DNA from: a virus
IMG/VR virus record: IMGVR_UViG_3300035438_000341
Span: 1-64,000 of that record
DNA length: 64,000 nt
Direction: 5' to 3' (one strand)
Shown here: piece by piece, positions 38,643 through 50,600 of the stretch
Position numbering within the stretch: the stretch's first letter is position 1
Layout: the number at the start of each line of letters is the position of its first letter
Program-made: the position numbers and the translations under genes
The notes under the pieces: generated by a model
What the model saw: the letters and a program-made list of their open reading frames with translations, nothing else
What the model was told of the DNA's origin: nothing
Databases searched by the model: none

Positions 38643-41600
38643 ATGAAAGCACAAATTTTAAAAATTGCAGGAGTTAAATCTGAAAAGGAATTCTATAAGA
38701 AATATCCTTCGGAGGAAGCCTTTATGAAAAAACATGGTAAAGAGTTTAAGAAAGCTCAGACTGGTAATAATATAGCTACTAGTAATGCAGGATCATTCAA
38801 CATGTATAATCCTTATGGCGATGCTTTCCAAAGTGTTGATATGGAAGGAATGCAATCTTCTTTTGTTAAACCTATTATAGAAGATACTAGTGATGAAGAA
38901 ATAGCACCAGTTGAAGTTACTCCTAACTTTGGTAAAAAACAACAAAAAGCTAGCGATGCATATGACACACAAGAGTTAATAGGTATGACAGGAGATACAT
39001 CTAATCCTTTGGGAACAGATAAACTATCTTCTTTTGCAAAAGGAATAGATCCTATGAATGCTGTAATGGGAGCTTTCACTGGAATAAAAGGTGCGTTTGA
39101 TGCACATAAAGAAAATAAGAAACTTACAAAAAAAATGGAAACTTGGGCTAAAGTTTCTGATGTACAGAAGAGAGCTGGTATATCAAATGCATTTGCTGAG
39201 AAACCAAAGAACCAATGGTTCAGACCAGATGATCCTAGATTCATACATAGTGCTAATGAACTATCTAATACACAAGGAAGAGGAACAGATGTTATTACAC
39301 AAAATGGTGGAGTGTTCCAAGGTGGTGGTGAAATACAAAATACATTTGCCCCTGGTGCAATATACGATGATCTTGGATATGAACCATTTGATGAAAGTAA
39401 TAATGATGATGCTGCTTATCTTGAGAATTATCAAGGTGGTGGTAAGTTTGGAAATTTCTTTAATCAACTTAATACAGACCTAGGAGGAGGCCAAGGTTTT
39501 ATGGGTAACCTAGGAAAGGAAAGTCCCTTTAATTCTATGCTTGCTGGAAACAGTACATTAGCTAATGCTACTGGTAAGCTAGGTAGTTTATTTGGACCAG
39601 GTGTAGGACTAGTTACAACAATGTTTGGAAGAATGTTGGATAAAGAACCAGGTAAACAAAAGCATGCACAAAATACAATGAATTCAAATAATGCATTCTT
39701 AGCTAGATTAAACACTGCAGGAGATATAACAGGCGGTTTACAAAATATGGGAGTTGGTCAAAATGGAGAAGCTCTTCAACCGTATGAAGATGGTGGATGG
39801 GTCTCTAACGATTGGACTCCACAAGTTATAGCTTCATTTGGTGGTCTTGATGAACAAGAAGTATATGACTATGCACATGAAGGAATGGATACACTAAGAG
39901 CTGGTGGACATATGAGAGATTACACACCTATTAGTAATCGAGGTATGGAAACTTATGCTATGGGTGGACAACTTAAAACTCATTGGGGTGGAGAAGCTGA
40001 AGTAATTTCTCGTAATCCATATATGCCAGGTTCTGGTGAGATGGTTAAACTTAATGGTGCATCACATGACAATGATGGTATTGGTATTAGCTATGGTGGT
40101 CAACAAGGTGGTCCTCAACAAACAGCTAAATATGGTGCTGATACAGATGCTAGTATAGAAGCAGAAGGAAGAGAAACTATAATGGAAATGCAAGATGGTG
40201 GAGAAGTAGATCCTCAAACAGGAGAAGCTCAAACATCAGCAGTTGTATTAGGTAATATAGCACCTAGTGCAGATATAGTTAAAGCTACTGGTGATCAAGT
40301 GTTAATAGATTTATTCAATAAAAATCCTAAGAAAACATTTAAACGTATAGGTGAGGTGATTGCTAAAGATGAGAATAAAGCAGCCTCTTATATGGAGATA
40401 GCTTCTGCTAAAGCAAATAATGCAGATGATACACAATGGGGAGCATTAGAAAATAAAACTGCAGATATAATAAAAAAAGCTGGAGATGCTAAATTTAAAC
40501 TAGCTGCACAACAAAGAATCAAATCAGCAAACTTACAGAGTGCAGTTAATGATACTAAAAAAGATATATCATATATGAAAGGAAAAAATATAAGTGCAGA
40601 AGATTTAGGTAAAGGTAAGATATCACTTGACTATGATCCTATCACTAAAGATGCTGAATTAGAAAGTCCATATGCTAAGCATGGAGCTTATTTAAGAAAA
40701 GCTCAGAACAGTGAGGTCATTAGTCCAGCTGAACAAAAACCATCTATTACAGAAGATCAATACAATGAACTTGTTAAATTATATGAACAAGGTAAGAAAG
40801 ATAAAAAGAGTGCTTCTATAAAAGAGTTCCAACATAAGTATCATCAATTATTTCCTAATGAAGCTATTACAGCAATTCAAAAAACTACTAAAGAAAGAGG
40901 AGTTAATGCTAAAGGGAAGAAGATGGGTCTTACTAAAGAAGAAATTCTTTCTGGAAAAAATACTGGTAGGATATTAGAAAGTAATGAAGATGAATACTTT
41001 GGTCCTAGAACAGAGCAATACATGGCTAAGATTAGTTCTGAATTCAACAAGAAACCTGCAGCTGCAACAGAAGAATTAAAGTTAACCCCTCTTGGTGCAA
41101 AGACAACTCCTACCACTGATAAAAAAGAAATAGATGTAGTTCCATATAAAAGAAATAAGTTTATGGACTATGCTAACATGCTTAGTCAGTTCTTACCAAG
41201 TGCTAAACTTCCAGGAATTGATCCACGTCAGTTTGCAGGAGAATATATGGCTATGTCTCAGAATCAATATGAACCTGTACCATCTCAACATATAAGAATG
41301 CAATTAGATCCTATGACTCGTGTAAGCTATCAAGATATTAGAAATCAAAGCACTGCAGACTTTAGAGATGCATTGAATCAAGGTGCGTTTAATCCAGCTG
41401 CGGCAGCAGGTGTATTTGGTAAAAAAGCTCTAGCAGATCAATCTTCTTACGCTGAGGAGTTCAGAGCTAACCAAGGTCTTGAACAACAGATATATGGCGG
41501 TAATAGAGCTAAGGTTAATCAAGAGATGGCTGCAAACTTACAATTAAATGCTGATCAAATGAACAAACAAAGTCTTGCATTAAGTAAAACAAAAGAGATA

Positions 41601-41990
41601 AATCAAAAAGCCATTGCTTCTATAGCTGATAAGTATTTGCAACATGATGCTCGTGACTTAGAATATAAGGTTAAGAGTAATATGTTCCCTACATTTGCAT
41701 ATAATCAATCAGGTGGAATACGTACACAAGGTCCAGGATTTCAACCAAACATTCCACAAGTTTATGGAGGTAAATCAAACATAAAACAAGTTCCTGTATA
41801 TGATACTGATGGTAAAACTATTCTAAGATATCAAATGCAAGAAGGAGATGGAACTAATATACCTTCTACTGCTACACCTCCTCTTGTTGCACTAACAAAA
41901 AATGGAGGATCTGTTGGTAAAAATAATAGATCATCAGTTGTTAAAAATGCTAAGAACGGTTCTATAGTTAAACTACACAAAAATTTCTAA
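38643..41990 (+). CDS. Virion internal (cargo/ejection) protein
   Basis: 1115 aa, Gly/Gln-rich with many x[QKE]xGG motifs; GASH..GI..EAEG.E segment; immediately upstream of the giant genes. Confidence 0.65.
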   Translation: MKAQILKIAGVKSEKEFYKKYPSEEAFMKKHGKEFKKAQTGNNIATSNAGSFNMYNPYGDAFQSVDMEGMQSSFVKPIIEDTSDEEIAPVEVTPNFGKKQQKASDAYDTQELIGMTGDTSNPLGTDKLSSFAKGIDPMNAVMGAFTGIKGAFDAHKENKKLTKKMETWAKVSDVQKRAGISNAFAEKPKNQWFRPDDPRFIHSANELSNTQGRGTDVITQNGGVFQGGGEIQNTFAPGAIYDDLGYEPFDESNNDDAAYLENYQGGGKFGNFFNQLNTDLGGGQGFMGNLGKESPFNSMLAGNSTLANATGKLGSLFGPGVGLVTTMFGRMLDKEPGKQKHAQNTMNSNNAFLARLNTAGDITGGLQNMGVGQNGEALQPYEDGGWVSNDWTPQVIASFGGLDEQEVYDYAHEGMDTLRAGGHMRDYTPISNRGMETYAMGGQLKTHWGGEAEVISRNPYMPGSGEMVKLNGASHDNDGIGISYGGQQGGPQQTAKYGADTDASIEAEGRETIMEMQDGGEVDPQTGEAQTSAVVLGNIAPSADIVKATGDQVLIDLFNKNPKKTFKRIGEVIAKDENKAASYMEIASAKANNADDTQWGALENKTADIIKKAGDAKFKLAAQQRIKSANLQSAVNDTKKDISYMKGKNISAEDLGKGKISLDYDPITKDAELESPYAKHGAYLRKAQNSEVISPAEQKPSITEDQYNELVKLYEQGKKDKKSASIKEFQHKYHQLFPNEAITAIQKTTKERGVNAKGKKMGLTKEEILSGKNTGRILESNEDEYFGPRTEQYMAKISSEFNKKPAAATEELKLTPLGAKTTPTTDKKEIDVVPYKRNKFMDYANMLSQFLPSAKLPGIDPRQFAGEYMAMSQNQYEPVPSQHIRMQLDPMTRVSYQDIRNQSTADFRDALNQGAFNPAAAAGVFGKKALADQSSYAEEFRANQGLEQQIYGGNRAKVNQEMAANLQLNADQMNKQSLALSKTKEINQKAIASIADKYLQHDARDLEYKVKSNMFPTFAYNQSGGIRTQGPGFQPNIPQVYGGKSNIKQVPVYDTDGKTILRYQMQEGDGTNIPSTATPPLVALTKNGGSVGKNNRSSVVKNAKNGSIVKLHKNF

Positions 41991-41998
41991 CCAATTTA

Positions 41999-42062
41999 AT
42001 TATAAAGAATTACCAGAATTGATTATTAGTTTTGGTAGTTATAATAATTCATATTATATTTG
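41999..42062 (+). promoter_or_regulatory. Promoter candidate with ATTATAAAGAATWACC box
   Basis: Box 41999-42014; 16 nt; TTTG 42031-42034; 20 nt; TATATTTG 42055-42062 (full Bacteroidota consensus). Confidence 0.65.
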
Positions 42063-42069
42063 CTAAATT

Positions 42070-44685
42070 ATGGCTTCATACACAGACATCACCCCCACTT
42101 TCAATCCCTACGTTAAGCAATTGCCTGTTGAGGCAATGGCTGAAGTGGGTATGTACAAACAACAAAAGTATGATGAGGGTATACAGAAAATACAAACTAA
42201 CATTGATAACATTGCTGGACTTGATGTTCTTAGAGATGTAGATAAAGCATATCTACAATCTAAACTCAATCAACTAGGTAATAACCTCAGTACAGTTGCA
42301 GCTGGAGATTTCTCTAATTTCCAATTGGTTAATTCTGTTAATGGAATGACCAATCAAATATCCAAAGACCCTAATGTACTAAATGCAATAGCATCTTCTA
42401 AGACTTATAGAAAAGGATTAGAAGAGATGGCTGCTGCTAATAAAGATGGTAAAGGATCTGCTTCTCACGATTGGTTATTCAAAACTGATGCTAACGATTG
42501 GTTAACTAGTGGAGATTTAAATAAATCATTTACTGGTGGGTATAAGCAATACAGTAATTATAAAAAGAATGGAATAGAAGTTATCAAAGCATTAGTTAAA
42601 AATGAAACTACTAAAGATGTAGCAATTGAGTATGACAAGAATGGTAATGTGATTGTATTAGATGCAATGACACGTACAAAGATTGCAGGAATAACACCTG
42701 AAAGAATACAAGCAGCTTTGATGGTGGGTCTTAGTCCTAATGATTTTCAATCAATGCAAATTGATGGTAGATATAATTATTCAAATTCTACACCTGAACA
42801 ATTTGTTTCTGATATCAATAAATCATATAAGACAGATTATGATAAGATAAAGATGCAAAGAGACATGACAGTTAATGCCATGGATACAACTAGTTCAGCA
42901 TCTACTAAAATGGAATTACAAAAACAAGTTGACTCATTTGACAAAACATTAAAAAATTTATCAGATGAATATGGAAATGTTACTAAAACATTTGCTCAAG
43001 GTGATGTAGAATCCGCTAAGGCAAGACTTCACACTACTAAATGGATTAGTAATTTTTCTAATACATTTGCTAGCCAAGATGTATCTCAAACATATGAGTC
43101 TAGTCCATTTCAACAAGTTAAGCAATATAAGGAAACTAAAGAAATTGAATATAGAAAATGGTTAGCTACATATAATCAAACACAACAGTTTCATCAGGAT
43201 GATATTTATTTTAAAAAGAGAGATGATGCTAGAGCTGAACGTAAAGAAGTAAGAGAAGAAAAGTTAGCAGGTCTTCAAAGTGGATATGGAGGAGTTCCTT
43301 TCTCTGTTGATCAAAAAGAACTTCCTACGGTTACTCTTGATAAAATTAATGATAAAATAAAAAATGATAATAAAGCTATAGCCAATAGTGAAAATGAAAT
43401 AATGGAAGCCTTTGATAAAAAGGGAGATACATTATGGTTAGATCAACAACGAGTGGCATGGCAAAGCGGTAAGTATGTAGATCCTTTATTGAGATCACAT
43501 TTTAATACAACAGAACCTTTGAAAAGAGATGCATTTGCTAATATTGGAATGATTACAGATATAAATAATAAACTAGATAGTAAATTTGGAAAAATAGAAG
43601 ATTATATCCCTGCTGGTTCTAAATCTGTTACAGTTAGTTTTCCTGGTGGAGCATACAAATATTCTCCTAAAGATTTTGTTGAATTTAATAATAAAGTGAA
43701 CAACTATATAATAAGGGGTAGTGGTGATGGTAGATCTACAGGAGGTGGTGGTGCCCCTGGAACACAAAGTTCAGGAGCAATGTATGATAATGCAAGAGCT
43801 AAAAAAGAACTTTCTGATAAAGAATATTATTTATTTCTAGCAAAAACTCAACCCTATTCAAATAATGCTGGATTTAAAACACTTAATCAATATTCAAATG
43901 AATATTTTAAAAATGTAAACTTTCCATATCAAAAAGTTTTAGTAGAAAGAAACAAAGAAACTGCTCAAATGGTTAAAGATAGAGTGGTAGCAATGCAGGG
44001 TAATGAGTATGGTATTCCTTTAGATAATGAAGCACAGAAAACTAGCTTTGGAAATGCTCTTATGAGTTTTGCTAATCTTGCTGATAAACAAGATGGAGGA
44101 TTACCTAACTCTCCAGGTCTTGATACAAAAGCATTAAGAGCTATTGCAGGAGATCTTCAAAATGCAACAATACAAATTGTTGAAGGAACTGCATATGCTC
44201 CTGGAATGTATCAAGTTACAGCAGCAGGAAAAGATGGTACACCTCAAACATTTAGAGTTCCTACAGAAGCATACAGATCTGTATTTGGTAATAGATTTGA
44301 AGCTGATCCACAGATAGCAGCAATTAGACCTTTGCAATCACAACAAATAAGAGCAGGTGGTGGTACAACAGCAATTGATGGTGGAAAAACAAATATAAGT
44401 AATTCTTATATGGGAAAAGCTACAGATTTTGTAAATGTAAGACATTATGGAGTTTCAGGAAACTTAGTTACAAGTCAAGATGGTCTAAACTCAATTAGAC
44501 TTAATATAACAGATCCTAAGACTAACAAAGTGTTAATTCAAGATCTTGCATATCCAGATTTTAATATACCAGCTAATCAAGTAAACAATGCAGTGCTAGG
44601 ATTGACTGATGAAAGAATATTTGAGTTATTAAATAATAGAAAGCCTTCAGCTTCAGAATTAAAAACATTAAGACAAAAACCATAA
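42070..44685 (+). CDS. Ejection/cargo protein (first of three large genes)
   Basis: 871 aa, helical N-terminus (PYV.QLP...KQQKYD); precedes the virion RNAP. Confidence 0.65.
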   Translation: MASYTDITPTFNPYVKQLPVEAMAEVGMYKQQKYDEGIQKIQTNIDNIAGLDVLRDVDKAYLQSKLNQLGNNLSTVAAGDFSNFQLVNSVNGMTNQISKDPNVLNAIASSKTYRKGLEEMAAANKDGKGSASHDWLFKTDANDWLTSGDLNKSFTGGYKQYSNYKKNGIEVIKALVKNETTKDVAIEYDKNGNVIVLDAMTRTKIAGITPERIQAALMVGLSPNDFQSMQIDGRYNYSNSTPEQFVSDINKSYKTDYDKIKMQRDMTVNAMDTTSSASTKMELQKQVDSFDKTLKNLSDEYGNVTKTFAQGDVESAKARLHTTKWISNFSNTFASQDVSQTYESSPFQQVKQYKETKEIEYRKWLATYNQTQQFHQDDIYFKKRDDARAERKEVREEKLAGLQSGYGGVPFSVDQKELPTVTLDKINDKIKNDNKAIANSENEIMEAFDKKGDTLWLDQQRVAWQSGKYVDPLLRSHFNTTEPLKRDAFANIGMITDINNKLDSKFGKIEDYIPAGSKSVTVSFPGGAYKYSPKDFVEFNNKVNNYIIRGSGDGRSTGGGGAPGTQSSGAMYDNARAKKELSDKEYYLFLAKTQPYSNNAGFKTLNQYSNEYFKNVNFPYQKVLVERNKETAQMVKDRVVAMQGNEYGIPLDNEAQKTSFGNALMSFANLADKQDGGLPNSPGLDTKALRAIAGDLQNATIQIVEGTAYAPGMYQVTAAGKDGTPQTFRVPTEAYRSVFGNRFEADPQIAAIRPLQSQQIRAGGGTTAIDGGKTNISNSYMGKATDFVNVRHYGVSGNLVTSQDGLNSIRLNITDPKTNKVLIQDLAYPDFNIPANQVNNAVLGLTDERIFELLNNRKPSASELKTLRQKP

Positions 44686-44687
44686 CA

Positions 44688-47600
44688 ATGGCAGAAAATA
44701 ATCTAGAATCAATTGATAAAGCACAAAATGGTGCAGCAGCAGTAAATCCTGTTCCTACACAATTAAATGTAGAAACACCAATGTTAGATAGACTTGATCT
44801 TGAAAATCAATTTGGTGGATATACAGCTCCTGGTATTCCAGAACCTTTGCCTACATATGCAAGTCCAGATAATGTTTATCCTGATGCAGTACCCTTAACA
44901 AGTAATCTTGGTGGAGGTGGTGATGATGGTTCTTTGGAATCACTTTATTCTTCATTGCGTACACCTACTTCTACTAAACCAGGAGGAAGTATAATGAGAA
45001 CTCTTTCTGAAGTGTCATCTAACAGATATGATAACTTTGTTCCTGGAGATTATAATAACGAAGATGCTTATGCTCAAAATCAATCTTGGACATCTAAAAT
45101 GATCAATGGTGTAGGTAAAGGACTTTTACTTACAGGTACAACATTTCTACAAGGTACTGTAGGTATGGTTAATGGATTGGTTCAATGGGGAAAGGATGGG
45201 AGATTTGCTTCTTTTTATGATAATGATTTTAATAGAAACTTAGATGAAGTAATAAGAAAAGCTGAAGATGTTGCTCCTAATTTTTATACTGATGTAGAAA
45301 AAAATGCTAGTTGGTATTCTCCTGATTATTTTTTAACAGGAAACTTTTTATGGGATGGTGTTGTTAAGAACATGGGATTTGCTGCTGGAGCTTATTTAAC
45401 TGGTGGAGTTTATTCTGCTGGATTAAAAGGACTCGCTGCACTTCCAGGTGCATCTAGACTATTATCTATGGGTAAAGTTGCTGAAGCAGTTGCTAAGTCA
45501 GAAGAGATGTTATTAAAACTTGATAAAGGAACAGAGGCTTATGGAAAAATAAAAGCATTGTCTGATTCCTATTTAAGAACATATAATATTTTAGATAAAG
45601 GACATAGAGCTGTTGTTGCAGGATTGTCTACTAGTGGGGAAGCTGGATTTGAAGCATTTCAAAATCTTAATACTTTTAGAAATCAAAAAATACAAGAGTT
45701 TAAAGATAAAAATAATGGACTAGAACCAAAAGGTGCTGATCTTGATAACATTAATAGATCTGCTGATAGTGTAGGTAATGCTTCTTTCTTAGGGAATGTT
45801 GCTTTACTTAGTGCTACTAACTATATTCAATTTCCTAAAATACTAGGAAGTTCTTATAAAGCAGAAAAGGGAATTATAAATAATGTTACTAGAGGGATTG
45901 GAGATATAACTACAGATGCTGCAGGTAAGTTTGTTGCAAAAACTCCTAAGAATAAAGTATTAAACACTATAAATAAAATAAGACCTTATACTTTTTCTGC
46001 CTCAGAAGGGTTTGAAGAAGGTGCTCAGTTTTCTATAGGTGTTGGTGTAAATGATTATTATAATAAAAAATATAATAATGAACCTACTAGTTGGTTAGAT
46101 GCTTTATCAACAGGAATTACTGAAGGATTTTTATCAGATGAAGGAGCTAAAAATGTTTTAATAGGAGGATTGTCTGGTGCAATAATGATGGGAAAAAGTA
46201 AATTCCAAGAAGGAAGAGAAACATCAAAAAATACAGCAGAAGCAATAACACAATTCAATAACTATCAATTATCTGATTTTACTAAAGAAACAAAAGACTC
46301 TGTAAATAGAGGAACTGTTCTTCAAGAAGAAAGAGAGCAGTTATTAAAAGAAGGAAACATAACAGAAAGTAAAGATAAAGAAACTGATTACATTATTAAT
46401 TATCTCACTCCTAGAATTAAATTTGGAAGATTTGATTTAGTAAAAGCTGAGATAGATGATTACAGAACTCTTGCTAGTACTAATGATGGGTTTAATGAAT
46501 TAGTAAAAGAAGAAAAAGCTCTTCCTACAGATACTAGAGAAGCATTCTTGGATAGACTTAATAAATTTGAACAGACAGCAAATAATGTAAAATCTTTATA
46601 TCAAACTTTAAACTTACGTTATAGTGGCTTAGCAAATGCAGATGGAACTCCTATGTACCCTACTTCTGTAATAGATAAAATGTTATATGCCACTACTAAA
46701 ATTTCAGACTATGAACAAAGAATTCCAGAATTAACAAGTCAGTTAATAGGAAGTGTAGATAATATAGATGAAATTTTACAAGATGTTTCTGAGGGTAAAT
46801 TAGATACGTTTAATACAGCTGTTGCTAATCTTCAAGCAAGTAAACTTATTAATAAAGAAGAACTTATTGAAGCATTAGATGATGCTGCTTTTATGACTGC
46901 TAAAAGAGATGTATTATTAAAGCAATATGATGGTTTAAAAAATAACCCAGAAAAGTATGTAGCAGTTGAACCAACTATAACTGATAGTGAAGGTAATGTA
47001 TTAGATGAAAATGGAAACATTGTTCCTAAAGAAACTGTTATAGTTAAAGTTAAAGATGGTAAAACAGGACAAGTAGTAGATAAGAAAATTGAAATAGGTA
47101 CTGAGTATGTACTTGGTAAAATAGTTAAATACGATAAAGATGGTAATGAAGTTATTCAAGCTCCAACATTAAGTATATTAGCTGATAATGGTGATGGTAC
47201 ATTTAAAATTAAAGATAAGAATGGAATAAGAAATGTTTCTGCGGAAACATTAGAAGGATATCAATTATCTAAACTTTCTGACATTACAAAAGATAAGAAG
47301 AAGAACTATGCATACATTAATAGAAATAACACTTTCTCAAATAAATTAATAAAAGATGCTAATGGTAATCCTGTTATAGGAAGATTAGAATACTCTGCTA
47401 ATAAAGACAGACTTACATTTGTATACAAGAATGAGAAAGGACAAGTTATAAGAAGTGAGGTTTGGAACAATATGTTCAAAGCTCAAGGTACATACAAAGA
47501 GGCTATTATTACACAAGTGGGAGAAGTGACTGCTGAAGCTGCACAAGCTACAGAGGAATTTGTAAATGCTGTAACCACTATATCACAAAAACTGCAAACA

Positions 47601-50600
47601 CGTAACAATATTATACTAGACTTGTATGATAAAAGTGTTAAGCGTCTAGATGAGATAACTAAAAAATTAAACACTAGTAAAGAAAGAACAGCTAAAGCTC
47701 TTGAAGCATTAGAAGATCAACTTGCAAAAGAGAGCCTTACTAAGAAAGGAACTCCTAGAAAGAATCAAACTCCTGCAATGAAGAAGATAATCAATGAACT
47801 ATCTTCTATACAAGCTACATTAAATAAAGAGAATGAACAACTATTAAGTGAGAAAGAAGAATTAGAATCTAACATACCTTTCTTTAAAGACTTCTTAGAT
47901 AATCTTGAGTCTCTTCCTGAATCAGGTAGAGAGATGATTAAGTTATTAAAAGATGATATTAACACTCTTGAGGACTTAATTGATATAACTAATCAAGCTA
48001 TTAAAGATAATAGTAGTCTATTGAAACAAATAGAAGATGCATTTCTAAAAGCTGTTTCTATATTTAATGATTATATCAAAAGACTTCAACAAGAAAATCC
48101 AGGTGTACCATTATTTATAGATGACTTACAAGCTAATCTAGAAAGAGCATTAGGAGATGAAGGTGCACAATACTATATTAATAATAAACAGGGCATCACT
48201 ACTCAAGTATTAGAACTAGAATCTGATATAAATGATTTCTCAGCTGAGTTAAAAATACCTGCATTAAATAAAAAAGCAGAAGAGCTCGTTAAAGATATAG
48301 CAGATTTAAAAGAAGGCTTAGATAAACTTATCAATGAACAAATTGCTAAGAGAGAAATATTAAATGCGTTTGAACAATTTGCAGAAGATGTAAAGAAACA
48401 AGAAGAAGAAGCTGCACAAATGCAACGTAATGTTACATTAGGACAAGAGCTTCTTGGTACATTAACAGGAAGTGTACAAAACTTCTTTGGTACAAAACCA
48501 TATGAGCAAGAAGCTAAAAAAGATAAACTTACTGTTGTAGGAGCTACTAAACCATTCACAGGAGATACTGTTGAAAGACCTCTTCCAGGATATGCTGCAA
48601 GAGTTAATCACTTTGGGACAAGAGTTTCTGATATGGATAATGTAGATGATCTTAGAGGTGTTATTGTAACAGCTAATACAGAAGATCAAATACTTTCTGG
48701 ATTAACAGAAGCGTTTCTTTCTGAAGATATAACAGATGCAAAAAGAAAAGAAGAAGTCAGAAAAGAAGTTATATTCTTAGTTGTAACAGAGAATGGACAA
48801 CTTGTAGATAAGGATGGGAAACTTATTCCTGGAAAATCTGCAGATGAAACACAAGAAGCTTACAACAAAAGACTTTATGACAATGCTATATTCCAAGTGT
48901 TTCCTTCTGCTTCATTAGCTTATACAAAAGGAGATGTTGAAACAGGATCAATGTTTAGAGACACTGTTCCTGAATATGAAAGAGAAAGTCTTAAAGAGCA
49001 ATATAAAGCATGGAGAGATGGACAATTATCAAATACAACATTAGATAAGAAAGGACAAAAGTTTAAAACATCTTTTGGTAATCTAGAGTTTGTTAAATAT
49101 AAAAATGCAGATGGCACAACATCTGTAGATACTTCTGCAAGAACTTCTGCACAAGATGCTGGATTATTAGCTAAAGGTATACTTAATAGAGATGCTGTCA
49201 TCACTGTTGCTACAACTAATGATGATAAGTCTGAAGGAAGTGTTTCTTTCAAGAGTCCTAAAGGTAGAGTGTTCTTACGTATACCAGGGCAAGGACTTGT
49301 TAGACTTTATAATAAAAAGTTTAATAAAACAGAATCAGAAACAATATTTGATGCTATGTTAAACTTAGCTAAAAATGCTTCTGCGAATGGTTCATTATTC
49401 GGTAATGAAAAAGAAGAAGTTAATAAGAATATTTTAAACTGGTTAAAGAGCGTTGTATATTGGGGAATTGCAAAAGATAAAGAAGGAAACAGAAAACCTG
49501 CTGGATATAATAACATTTGGTTTGAAGATGTTATGGAAGATGGTAAACAAGTTAAGAAGTTGTTTATGTCTGGTCTTCAAAAAGAATCTCAAAGATATTT
49601 TGACTTTACACCACAAGGACTTATAAATAGTAAACAAGATATTCTTGGATTGCTAGGACAAATGTATGCTAATACAGATGCTAAAAAAGTAAATATAGAT
49701 ACATACAATGCTCCCTACGATGAGATACTAAGTTTTGATAACCTAGGACTCCCTGTTACAAGAACATGGCCTAATTATCAAACATATTTATTGTCTGCAA
49801 ACATTGTAGATAAAGATGGAAATGTTATAGGTAAAAGAACTGGAAAAGAAATTCCTCTTACAACACAAGTAAGACCTCTTACATCTGCAGAAGATACAAA
49901 TAGAAAGGGTGTGTATTTCACATTGAATAGTTCAGTAGAATACACTGTACCTGCAGCTCCTATAGTTAAACCTGCAGTGGTGGTTACACCAGCACCAGTT
50001 GCTGCTACACCAACTGCTCAAGCTCCTGTAGCTCCCACAGCTTCACCAGTAGTTCCACAACAACAACCTACACCTCCTGGACAATATAATTTAAATGGAG
50101 AAGCAGAAAATAGTAGAATGTTTGGTAATGGTGTAGGAGAAATAAGATTTACATTCAATTCAGCAAAAGCAATTGAGTATATAAAATCTCTTTCTATAGA
50201 TATATTTTCTATTCAAGGATTACTTCCTGCTGAAATATCTACAGCATTTTTTAAGAATGACATCATGAATATAAATTCAGATGATGTAAAAATGAAAATT
50301 GGTCAGATAAAGGAAAACTTAAGAGATACTAACCCTGATGCAACTGATGAAGAACTAACAGGTAAAGCTCTTAATATTGCTGTTAGTATGATATGGAAAG
50401 ATGTTGCTCCACAAGTTGTAGGAGAAATGACTCCTGTTCAACCAGCAATAGCTGATGAAGCTCCAACATCTTTAGTAACAAGAATAAATGACACTATAAC
50501 AAAAATATTTGAGTATGAATCATTATTTGATTTTAGTACAGATCAACCAGGTAAAGTTGTTAAAGGAGAATTTATTCCTGATAATTTAGGATCTCAAATA

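Noticed and set aside
40800-41030. Peptidoglycan-binding domain in 38643 (IKEFQ...EDEYFGPRT)
   Set aside because: Only a partial resemblance to the DG.xGP.T motif, with atypical spacing; cannot be supported without an HMM search.
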